Shown: positions 13,252 to 24,583 of the stretch, in pieces
How positions within the stretch are numbered: the stretch's first letter is position 1
Layout of the letters: each line of letters opens with the position of its first letter
Origin: Blasia pusilla
Lineage: Eukaryota
Direction of reading: 5' to 3'
Length of the DNA: 64,000 nucleotides
NCBI GenBank assembly: GCA_050084515.1
Contig: CM114271.1
Coordinates: 32,674,001-32,738,000, forward strand
Made by a program: the position numbers and the translations under genes
Notes under the pieces: model-generated
The model's database searches: none
What the model saw: the letters and a program-made list of their open reading frames with translations, nothing else
What the model was told of the DNA's origin: nothing

Positions 13252-14985
13252 TCACTCCAACTCCTCGAGGCGTCGACGTAGGTGCTTGAGCTGTAGGCAC
13301 CGCTGGTCGTCGAGGCACCATCGATGGTGTGTGTAGTGCCTCCGACAATGTGAATGATTGTGGAACCCTGGCTTGCCCCCATCGGTCCCCTCTGGTGGGT
13401 CAATCTCAACTCCACCTCTTGATGTCTCGGTGCCTCTCGCAGCACCCCGAGTCACCACTACCGCTGCCTCAACCCGGGTTGCACTACACATAAGCCCCAT
13501 ACTGGCGAGATCCTCACTTGGGTCAGGGTAAGAGGTAGAAGCTAGAGTCCCACTAGCTGCTTGCAGGTCCGTGCCTTCCCTAAGCTGCATCATCGTCATG
13601 GCAGCAATCTTCTGCTCTAACTTATCGATGCGTGAGAGAAGTGTCGGCTCTGGTACTCCTGCTCCCTCTCCTCTGGCTGGTGGTGGTCCTCTACCATCAC
13701 GTCCAGGAAGAACTCCCCGACCTCCTCCAAGACGACCGGCCCCAAGCCCTCGGCCTACCTCTAGACGTGCCTCTCGGCGAAGGTCAAAACACCTATCCCT
13801 AGTGTGACCATATCTATGGCAATAGTCACACTGGTGCTATGGTGGGACCATCCTCTGTGGCACCTGAGCAATCGGAGGCGCAGGTGGTTCTCTCCCATGC
13901 TGTGGGCAGTCTCTCTGCCTATGGGCCCCTCCACACGTCCAACAAGACCACATCGGTCCCTTCTGGGCAACATATGTAGGTACGGGTCGTTGCCTCATAG
14001 GCTCATGGTACCCGCCCTGCTCTCTAGGCACACTGGCCCGCTCCCGTGGTATTGGTGCTCGCTGTGGCACCTGTGGGGTCACCTTTGCTCGTGGACCCGT
14101 TGACTCTCGAGAAAATCCAGCGATGACTATCTACTCCTCACTCATGTTGAGCTCAATACGCTCAGACAACTCAAAGACCACCTTCAATGTGGGCTTCGTT
14201 GTGTGAATCAGCACCACATCTCGGACTCTCCTCCGTAGTTCTCGGTCCAGAACCCCGTACCAATACTGGACTGATTGCGCTTTAGTCACTCCATACGTAG
14301 CAATGATCAGCCTCCTCATGCGTGTGAATGCCTCTCTCAAACTCTCACCCGATCGTCGCTAAAAATCGTGTAGACTCTTCAGCTTGTCGGTGCGTACACC
14401 CTGGTTGCTCTTCCCCAAATGTCAGAAGAACTCCACTGTGGGGCTGAAGTTGGGTGGCCCTCTACCACCAGAGGTCTCTGCCACATCGCTTGTCTCACTG
14501 CCCTCCTCTCCATCTAGTCTCCGGGTTGATGGTGTGGATCTCTCTCCTCTCACAATCCCATCATATGCCTTGCGACCACTAGTGGACACATACCCTAGAG
14601 CCCAATACATCCTCCAGGCATTGATCTCTACTGAATATAGTGATCGAAACTCCATGTAGTCATCCATCGGAGGACCCCCCAAGTGCTGGAACAACCCCTT
14701 CCATGCCATGAAAGGATTGAACCGTGTCGGGGTCCATATCTCTTGGAAGTTGCACCACGTGTCGAACTCCTGGATAAAATCATCTAAGTGGATGATACCC
14801 ACTGCACCCGAGAATTGATGCATGCCCCGATGGCCCATGTCGTCCATCTCCTGCCAAGTGATACTGCCTCCGTCTGCGATCTCGTCACCAGACCCAGTAT
14901 CTAGTGATGACGATCCAACCATGGATGGATGTCGAGGTAGATCCTCACTCTTAACTCCTCGGTATCTCACTCCACTCCGTGTCAC
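13252..14985 (-). pseudogene. Gag of copy A with two zinc knuckles
   Basis: ORF pieces 14422-14985, 14131-14340 (GESLREAFTRMRRL) and 13837-14082 (CWTCGGAHRQRDC), then CDYCHRYGHTRDRC at ~13790-13832; homologous to the gag of copy B. Confidence 0.8.
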
Positions 14986-16836
14986 TCCACTACTACTGCT
15001 TGCACTACCCCGTTCTTCCGAACCCTGGAAGAACGCTGTGATGACAAACCGTGTCTCACCTACTCAAGGACTCAGACTCACCGAGAGTCTCCCACACTCC
15101 TCACTAGCTCACCTATGCTAACGCCAATCCCGTGATGACACACCCGGCCTCAGGCACACTCAACACTTGGGCTCACCATGAGCCTCCCAACTGACTCATC
15201 TAACCTAGCGACACTCTCTCCGGTCATACACGCAACCCCTACTTGGCAACCGCCGTATATCTACCAACATGCTACACGTGAAAAGATTCTATACTCGTCA
15301 CCATCACTCAACCCACCTAGCACCAGCTACTACCCGATACCCAACACTCTCAATCACACATGACAAGTGCAGGGAAAGGGACTCGAATAGGTAACCTGAT
15401 CACGCCCACCAACCTACGTACCGTCAACACTCACTCATCCATGTCGTATGACAACGTCCGCAACACAACACTCTCCTCAACTAACACGTCGATCCTCCCG
15501 TCAACAGATATGGACAACCCGTTTGGATCATGTGCACTGACACTCCATCGTCAATTTCCCCCCGCAAACTGTCACGTTCGTCGAATTGTGTCCGGTCTCA
15601 CCACGTAGCTCAACATCAACCACATCCACTGTCCAACTATATAGGTCGCTTACCACATCGATATTCTCACCGCTACCACGAACGTGTCCTTATGGACGTG
15701 ACCATGATCTTAACCCCCGAAAGCCTTTCTGTCCCGCTTCCTGCTTGATGCGACCTTGCCTTCTCCACACCCGACCTGCGTTTCTGTCTGTCAAGCGAGC
15801 CTCCTCTCCTGATATCCTTACTTCCGTCCCGTGGCCTTGTGTGGCTGCCTTTCGCAGCTCCGCTCTCCAGACTCCGTCTGACTCCCCTGCTTCCTTCCTT
15901 GGCCCCTACCTTGGAGCCTTGAATGCGGGAGAGGGGCGGTGGCCTGTGCCCCTATGCCTCTCCTCTAACCTTAGATCCTTAAAGGCTCTTGGCCCCTTGC
16001 CTAGCTGCGGCCCTGGCCCCCTCATGCCAACTTAACCTCCTCTCTGCATCTAAGGGCACGTGGCCCTATGCAAGCTCCCTCCAACCTCAGAGCTTCTTGC
16101 TCCTTCCTCCTCCAAACCTTCTGTGTACTCGGGCACCGTACCCTATGCACCTCCCGCGTTCCTGGAGCTCTGGGCTCTTTCTTTCCTCGAATTCTCTCGG
16201 ACCCTTCTGGCCTCTACAAGTACTCTCCACGGGCCCACGGCCCTATGCAGCCCCACCCAATCCCACATGAGCCTTCACACCCCCACACCCAATTCTAACT
16301 CCCTGCCTCGGACGTAGACGAGTCCCTTGCCTGCGTGAGCCTCTCTCCCCGTTTTGCTTCCACCCGCCCCGCGCAATTCCTCGCATCCGTTTAGACCTAA
16401 ACGACTACCTCCATGAAAAGTGTGACCTAACTGTGACCTAGGCGGCTATGATCTACAATCCTCTTGGCGGTTGTAGCTCTCAAAGCTACTCTTTTCTCTC
16501 TCTTGACACACTCGCCCATGAACACCCGTTGTGAAACTTCCCGCTACACTCCGCTGTTGTCCCCCATAGACCCACACCATCAAAATCTGAGAAGAAACGG
16601 ACAGCGCTTCCGCACGTAGGTTTTTGAATAGAAAAATGACCAACACCTGCAACAGACGCGTCTCCAGGGACTCCCGACCAAGGCAACTCTCTTGCCTACC
16701 TGCAAACAACGAGTTCCCACCAACCCCATGACATCTTTCTCATGTAAAAATAAAGAGTAGTAAAAACGGCACACCCGGCCTAAATCTCCACTCCTCAATT
16801 TACATCGGCATATTGAGCCTCGTCTACCCTGTGCTA

Positions 16837-17506
16837 TCAAGGAATCCAGACGCTAGCACCCTAGTCCTATCTCACACACATACAAGAGAGGTGCTCCAAC
16901 GGCCCAACATGAGAAAGATGGCTTAGGAAAGTCATCTTCCTCTCTTATATAGGGTTGGAAAAGTGTCAAAAGGCTCTTCCCCCAAAAATAGCCATCCCCT
17001 TGGTAACCTACGCGCACAGGTTACGAGGGTCGGGTGACCTGGTCAACAACTCACCCGGTTGTGAAAGACCTCTATATGAAAGTTATCAGAAACGACATTC
17101 CTGACACAATGGACCTATCCTCAAGGAATCCAGACGCTAGCACCCTAGTCCTATCTCACACACATACAAGAGAGGTGCTCCAACGGCCCAACATGAGAAA
17201 GATGGCTTAGGAAAGTCATCTTCCTCTCTTATATAGGGTTGGAAAAGAGTCAAAAGGCTCTTCCCCCAAAAATAGCCATCCCCTTGGTAACCTACGCGCA
17301 CAAGTTATGAGGGTCGGGTGACCTGGTCAACAACTCACCCGGTTGTGAAAGACCTCTATATGAAAGTTGTCAGAAACGACATTCCTGACACAATGGACCT
17401 ATCCTCAACCTCATCCGACTGGGACAAAGTTACACTCAAGATATTCCGCTAGCTCCTACGCCCTATCCACGATAGATCACGGCCTATCGACTACCCAGAT
17501 GTGACA
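16837..17506 (-). repeat. 5' LTR fragment (U3/promoter part) of copy A, containing a 284-bp tandem duplication (16837-17408)
   Basis: Ends in GTGACA like the solo LTR and shares GGTAACC-N10-GGTYAC and CTCTATATGA with it. Minus-strand TATA CCCTATATAAG near 16950 and 17234. Duplicated units start at 16837 and 17121, with about 4 mismatches. Confidence 0.8.
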
Positions 17507-20500
17507 TCATCAAAATCAAACACACGCTTACATGGAAGATCAAAACTTTAGTGGGCTTCCACTAGCATGGAAACATGTTGGAGTTTTCATGAGTGTGATA
17601 TGGGCATAGAAAAATGTCTCAAAAGTGATGGTTGCAATGTGGGAGAGCATGATCAAATGTTGTGTAGAACTTAGGGTGATCTCAAGTTCCACAATAGTCG
17701 AACTCCAAGGAGACTGCAACCTAACTTGGAAAATGATTGAGCGTTTGGGATTGCTCCACATTTTAGTTCATAAAAACTAGACTAAAGGTAAGCTTGGAAT
17801 GAATGAGGTGGGGTTGGAAAGCTTGTAAGAAGCCAATTCCAACATACTAAAGATTAAAAAAAATTACATCGGAAGACATTTAGAAATGGTCCCAAAACAA
17901 ATCGAAAGGTAGCTTTGGTTGAGGTCCACAAGTTACCTATGAGGAATCCCTTGGATAAAGGTAGGGGCCAAGTTCTTTGGAACTTTATGTAAAGGGAAGG
18001 GTTTCTAAGGGTATTTTGAACGTAAACCCCACCTTAGGCATCATGGCAGTTCACTAAGGGCACGAGATGGATTGAAAGGTTGGCTTTGGGGTTTTGACAT
18101 CAAGCCAAGTTAAGGTAGTCCAATGATGGATGCCAACCTTGAATTTTGACCCATGACTCAAATATGGAGTCATGGTTAGAGACTTGTTCAAGCTCTATTG
18201 GTACAGTTAGAATCATCAAACGCTGTTCCATGTTCCTAGACTATAAAGGAAGTGTGTCCCAAGGTTTGAATGACTTACCTGAATTGGGAAGTGAGCAGTT
18301 AGGTTAATATGTGATCATGTCTAGATCTGCTAAGTTTGAGGTGTAACCCAAGATGCCAACTCAAGAGACGTTAGGCTGGTTAACCCAAACTGTGCCTCAT
18401 GTGAGTGTTTGGGTGCAAATGAGTAAGAGGATATGATTTATTCAACGCAAGTTTCCGCAACACACAAGAGTAATGTCCATGGAAGTAGGTGCATGACAAG
18501 AGAAATTTTGAGGTAAGCACCCACCCATGGCTCCATGAGGCAAGTAATCCAACCCTCTTCTATGAGAGAACCATGTTTTGGGAGTAGGAACAAATATGGG
18601 TCCTAAGGTGTATGGGAATATCCATGTAGGACATAGTATCTCTAAAAATGGCCATAAAGTGAGCATCTATCAAACAGATTGGGGTTCAGACTTACCACAG
18701 ATACCTCAGGAGGAGAAAGTTGACAAACAATCCTAACTTCATCTAGAAGAAAATCTTGAAATGCTTTAATACAAGATTGCAAGGAAAGGGAGCCCTCATA
18801 CTATAGTAGAAAGTACAAAAAATCTAGAGCAAAGAAAGGGTGTGTCTATGGCCTACCTAAGAAAGCGGAAGGGGCCACTAGCTCCCTTGAGAGAAGACCT
18901 ACACCACATAAGGCAATCTGCAAGGAGTTCTCAATAAGCTAGTAGATCCATAAGACACTCAAAAGGTCCATGCCTTTAAAGATTTCCAAACATTTGAAGA
19001 ATTCTCTTATCAAAGGATCTAATAAGAGTAAGGAGGTGGCTAAACAGTCGTAATGAGATATCAAGAGCGTCTAACAAAACAAGAGGAAATGATTCCAAAA
19101 GCAATTCGAGGATCACCAATCCTTGTGAGGTCATCAATAATTCATGTATGTGTAATCCACTTCTTCTTTCTCCTCCGTACATATAAGTATGAGAAGCCTA
19201 CGATTTGGAAGCCTTTTGTTTCCATTCCATTGTAAGTTCCTAGACTCAACCAAGCGAGATGGCCAATTGAGTTCTACACATACCAAGAGCTTATTTTCTT
19301 TGTAATCCCCAACCACCACAAGAAATTAAGAGTTTCCATTTTGTCAAAAATTGTTTCAGAATAAATCCAAGATATGCAATTTCTTCATAAAACTGGAAAA
19401 AGGGTAAATTTTTAGAAACTTTTGGTGAAGCTAGTAAGTTTAGGTTCAAAAAGACAGATTGGACTAAAAACACCCTACTTGGACGATTCACAAACATCCC
19501 ATTCCTTCCACAAAAGCAAGAGAAACGTAATCTTTTAGCTACCATTTCTTAGACCTGCATGGACTCCTTCCCAAAGTGACGTGGCTCCACGAATAGGTCT
19601 TCTCATCTACTTTCCAAACAACAAACTTTGACGACCATCGCCTAGAAGTTTTGGAAGTCTAAACATATGAATCCTTACCACAAAAACCAACCTCGGCCCA
19701 GGTTCTCACATGGACAGTTGTCAAACGTACTGGCGGCGTTGCACAGCAGTCGTGGTGATATGCTCCTCCTGGGGGGCATTCACTCACTCACTCATGAGTG
19801 ACTGCGTGAATCGTAGCGATATGAGACAGGATAATAGTACCGACCATAGGATAATAGAGCAGCTGGTCAGTGGAGTGGGACTAAATCCCACTACCGAGGG
19901 ACTGCGGTGGAGTGGAGTGGAGTGGATGATATGGAATTGTAGAGTGGAGAGTGTGGGTATGGCCGAAAATGGCATGAATCAAGAGAAATGGCTGAGAGAC
20001 GAGGTCTAGATTAGTAGTAGGGATGGGTTTTGTCCTATAGCTGAAATTTATGAGTGAGAAACCAAGTGATCTCCTTGAACGAGTGAGTGAGTGGACAGGT
20101 CTATCTATGCTGCTAGTAGTAGTGGTAGTATTGTCAGTCAGCTAGTGAGAGGAGTAATAGTACGAACGAAATAGGATAATGGTATGGCAGATTCAAGTTC
20201 GAGCTACACTTATGAACTCGACAAGCTTCACCGTTTGTGTCATGTGCTGTTGCCGCAGCAGAAGAAGCAGAGGGATATGATAATGCCTGCAGAATTCATA
20301 GGTCTGGGCGTCCACTCTACTCTTCGTCCCTCACCTCCCACTCTACTACCACTACTACTCTCCAGAGACGGAGCCTCTTCAATGTCTCCATTCGCTTTTG
20401 CAGGTTGTGGGAGGATTCTCCTCCCGCCATCTCCTCGCCTCTTTCGTCATCTGCGAGCTGCGGCTGCTGCTCCTGCTGCCTCCGCCTCCTCCTCACCTGA

Positions 20501-23271
20501 CACACCCACGTATCGCAGAAACGGGAAATTTCACATCTCGATCACTTCAACCTGCAATGCTCCAGAAATCATGCTACACATCGCAAGAATGTCGTAAGAC
20601 CAAGACGACCAGACGCCGTTTGAGCCTGGCTGTAGCAGAAGCACATCATGAATCAGTATCTGCTCCGACGATACGATCCAATGCAATTCGATGTGATGCG
20701 CGCAAGGTCTGGGAAAGTAAGTACGTACTGAAAAAGATGGAAATACTTTATATCTCTCTCTCTCTCGCACTCACTCACGGACTAAACATTTGTTCTCTTT
20801 GGTTGGTCTCTGCCGTGGATGTCAGTGACGCAAACGGTTCCGGCACCGGGTCTTACCACAATCCCATGTACGACGTGGATGATATCATTTCATTCGAAGA
20901 GCTCACGGTTAGTTCCAGCCACGCATCGCTCCTTCCATTGCTTCTGCAGCCGACTCGGACAGCCTCCGGCCTCTCCTACCTGCGTACAAGAGCTTAACAA
21001 ACAAAAAAAAGAAGAAAACCACGCAAATGTCATGATGAGTGAGGGCATGCCTCTTGCTGGCAAGGGTGCTCGCGCATTTAAGGCACTTCCATGCTGAGGT
21101 AGACCTCCTATGGGCAGAGCTAGCTTCCCTCCAAGACGCGTTCGAGTGGAAGTGACGTCGCTGTCCTGCGTGATCGCGCATTAATTATTACTCCACGGAT
21201 TCAAAAACCTTGGAAAACCATTGACCGGAAGTCGACGAATCGTCCTCGCTGCTCAGGTAATTGTGTCTCCCAAGGACCAGGTCTGGAGAAGAGCGATGCA
21301 GAAGAGCTCTAGAGAATCTTCGAACAAACAAGTTGTGAATCCGGACAAGGAGACAAAGTGCGTGAATTTTTCTTCACTGGAGTCAGACTGGTCTCGATGT
21401 TGCGATCGATCGATATACATCCGTGCAGACGACCAGGATGGCAGGTAGATGTCTCGCAATCGCTGCCCAAAAGCAAGTGCCATGCGTGAAAGTGACGGCA
21501 CTCTGAGCTCTGACGATGTAATGGCACTGCAGAATGTCAAGTGTGACGAATTCACTTCTCCGAGGACTGGCTCTACTTGTCCACGGCAAACGTACGACCT
21601 CCCGAGACCGCTAATTCAAATATCGCAGCAAGGGATCACAAATGGAAAACTGAACCTGCCGATGGCAACCCTTCCATACCTATGTTTCTTTTGGGGAGTA
21701 GTCACTGTCTATATGTTCTAAACAGTGTAGCTACGATGCGCGTGCGAGTGACCGTAATCGGCTTGAAATCAAACCGCACAACCGCACGGATCGGATGAAT
21801 GTTTCTGGCTCACAAATGACAGCTCAAACTGCGTAAGAAAGAAAAGAATAGCGCCATCTTGCATGGCCTAAGAATTCTGGAATCGCCACGACCCTCCAAG
21901 AAAGTCACCAGCCCAATCACAACCCTACTTCTCTGACGACTGCGTCAAACCGTGCATAGCCTTACATCGCTACTATGAAAGTACAAGTCACTGAATTTGA
22001 AATCGAAAACGAACCTCCTAGCCACCGGTTGGTGCGAATTACAAATACAATCAAATCACTGTATGTATACACTGAGAACTAACCGTTCAAGTGAAAAAAG
22101 GCCTTTCTAACGCATATTCTAATGTTGCTGCTATCAATTCAACCCCTGGGTGTCATGCATGTGGCCTCGTCGAATCTCGCAGCTTGTGATCAAGAACCAT
22201 CTCAGAGAAAAATGAAGGCCCCGTCCCGCGTACATGTCCTACCAATTCTGGATTGAAGGCGCTCTGAGTTACTGTGAAGATATGAGAAAAGAACAAACCC
22301 ATTCTGGTTATCGCTGCGTCGATTTGGGGCCCGTCGCACATCCTGGTTCTTGCAGTCGCTTGACATGAGGTACGGCAGATCGCAATGGACGGAAATTCAA
22401 AAATCTGTCTTCGACCTCTCCATTTCATCAGTCTGAGAATGAAAACAATCTGCAACTGCGAGAGAGTCCTTGGCACAGAGGTAAGAGAGAATGTCCTGCT
22501 AGCTACATGAACACGATCGAATGAATTGAATTAAAAGTGGTGCCTTAGGGACCTCAAGCTCCCGAAACTCAAACGCCTTTGCGAGGCACGTTACAGTTCC
22601 ATAGTGGGTGATACTACGTACGCCGTATAAAATCATGAGCCCACTGAGGGCTAATCCCGCAGCAGCGAGTCTCTGAATTAACAATCCTTACGACGAAATG
22701 CAAACAAGATAGGGTGAGTATCAGTACCAGAAACTAGAGTCAAATCTGGTTGTCCATCTCCCGTACCCTCACAGAAATTTAATATGGACCTGTGAACATT
22801 ACCCGGGACTACTAGAACTGCATGACTCACATCTCTTGGGGACTGAGAGATACCTCAAGAAACTAGTCCTCGCGTGAATGTAATAGAAGGCATTAACTGC
22901 CTTGGAATCCCATGTGAAAAATCGAGCTCACTGTGGAAGGCTCATCTCTCGGTTGATCAGAGTACCGTGACCAATCCGCCTCCTGTGTACATCGTCGCAC
23001 AATCCTCCCGATTCCAATTTGAAGAAAGGGCAATATCTGTAGAGTACAACACGAAGAGAAAACGCGCGCAGTGTAAACCTATTTCCAACTTCATCATCAA
23101 TGATAACTGGAATATACACTTAAATGCACAGTTAGCGATGGCGGACAAACCAGAGCATAGGTGAACAGTGAGCCTACTGCATGATCGCGAAAAGTGCGCA
23201 TTCTTTTCTTTACGGTACCCTAGACGTTTCGAATTCTTTGTGACCCTTCAATCCCCATCAGATCAGAATTT

Positions 23272-23335
23272 CTGTTAGTGAGCAGTGCTCTCTATGATCC
23301 CTCACGGGAGGGATCAGAGCACTGCTCACTGACAG
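23272..23335. repeat. Short near-perfect hairpin (about 28-bp stem, 4-nt bulge, 4-nt loop)
   Basis: CTGTTAGTGAGCAGTGCTC-TCTA-TGATCCCTC / ACGG / GAGGGATCA-GAGCACTGCTCACTGACAG. Confidence 0.85.
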
Positions 23336-24119
23336 TATCCGTTTATCCAGCAAGAAAACGGGGAAGCTGACGTGCGTTGCACATGATCAATATCCCACTT
23401 AGAGCACACATTGTGCCAACCAATCAAATAGAACTCATAGAAGCCCCCAAGTGAAGACCACACTCGAAGTGGAGACCGGAGACCATGCAGGACCCCCAGG
23501 GATTCCAGTGAAACAGAATCCAGTAAGATTCAAGTAACGTCTTGCCTCACATTCAGATTAATCATATTAAGTGCCAATGTAAAAGATCATATTCGTGTAC
23601 GCAGTAGTACGAAGCGAGGGAGGGGGTTAGATGTATGGACTTTTTGGAAACGAAGGTTAATTTGTTAAGATGAGAGTGGAAACTTTTACCAGCATTGGAT
23701 TTAACGACGCCGGATTGCATACATGTTAGAGAATTTGGAGACGTCAGAGTCTTAGCAGAGTGGCCTTAGAATTATTCGGTGTTGTGGAGAAACATGGGAA
23801 GTATGTACTTAAACTACGTGCACTCTTATGATACTCTTGCAGATACCCGTACTTGTGCAGATTGCTGATACATTTCTTTGCTATCATCTTACATAGTCAT
23901 TCACGCAGAATCCAAAAAGGGAGGAGAGCTTTTCAACAAAGTTTAAGGTGTGAGGATGTATTTGAACCAGGAACTTGCACCCATCTCCTAATGAGGTTGT
24001 AATCATTGCAGCAAAATCTCCTACACATCATGAAGTACTTCTTTTCATGTTCCTACACATGGTAAAGTCCTAGTTCATCTACTTAGTGATATCATATGAG
24101 TAGGTAACAAATATCACTT

Positions 24120-24583
24120 AGACATAAATTCAAATATTTTACGCTATCATTCACCTGTAACCCCCACCCCCCCCCAAAGTCAGAAAGTCACATGTGCATA
24201 GCGCAAACCAGAAAGATTTAGAGAAACGTGTGCCACAAAGAAACGATGGTTGCGAGCGAAGTAACCATGTGAGGTGAAACAGATGAAAGGGCTTCCTTCT
24301 GACAAATGAATGATCTCATTGCAAGACTCGTATCCATCCAGTGCTCTCGTTTCAGAGAACTCGTCGCACTACTTCGCAATTTCGCTGCAAAGTAGTACAT
24401 TTCAGCCATCTCCGGACGTCAGATTCTGCAGGTTGCTACTGCTGCTCTGTCTACACATGAATCCACTATCTGTGGATGTCGCGGTTCCATGATCGCCTCG
24501 CTACCAGAGAATCTATCTCGCCCCCAGGGAATTCAGGGGGGGTTACAGGTGAATGATAGCGTAAAATATTTGAATTTATGTCT
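24120..24583. repeat. Perfect 46-bp inverted repeat pair enclosing ~370 bp
   Basis: AGACATAAATTCAAATATTTTACGCTATCATTCACCTGTAACCCCC (24120-24165) and its exact reverse complement (24538-24583); no TSD seen. Confidence 0.9.

Larger units (their letters stand above)
8090..17506 (-). mobile_element. Ty3/Gypsy LTR retrotransposon, copy A, domain order gag-PR-DNMT-RT-RH-INT; decayed, both LTRs internally truncated
   Basis: Minus-strand fragments in Gypsy order: gag with two Zn knuckles, DSGA protease, C5-MTase motifs, YVDD RT, RNase H, HHCC/DDE integrase. Termini match the solo LTR at 47918-48563 (T[T]TCGTGCGCATACA at 8090; GTGACA at 17506). No clean TSD (CAATC vs TCATC). Confidence 0.92.

Noticed and set aside
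8230-14985. Functional, intact retrotransposon ORFs
   Set aside because: All copies contain multiple stops and frameshifts, so no intact Gag-Pol exists in this window and the native gag/pol frame relationship cannot be determined.
10647-15121. Long plus-strand ORFs (e.g. 11518-12096, 12573-13184) as genes
   Set aside because: They are antisense shadows of the minus-strand gag-pol coding sequence, with no recognisable domains.
16820-16840. Primer-binding site for copy A (minus strand TGATAGCACAGGG)
   Set aside because: It does not match the plant tRNAi-Met PBS (TGGTATCAGAGC) and is not preceded by an intact LTR end.
17507-19700. Additional TE-like sequence (also 32900-34090 and 42100-44300)
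   Set aside because: It looks like decayed repeat DNA, but no domain, terminus or internal match could be established, so no family was called.
20184-20997. Overlapping 137-aa and 199-aa plus-strand ORFs as genes
   Set aside because: Low-complexity GC-rich ORFs without recognisable motifs or consistent exon structure.
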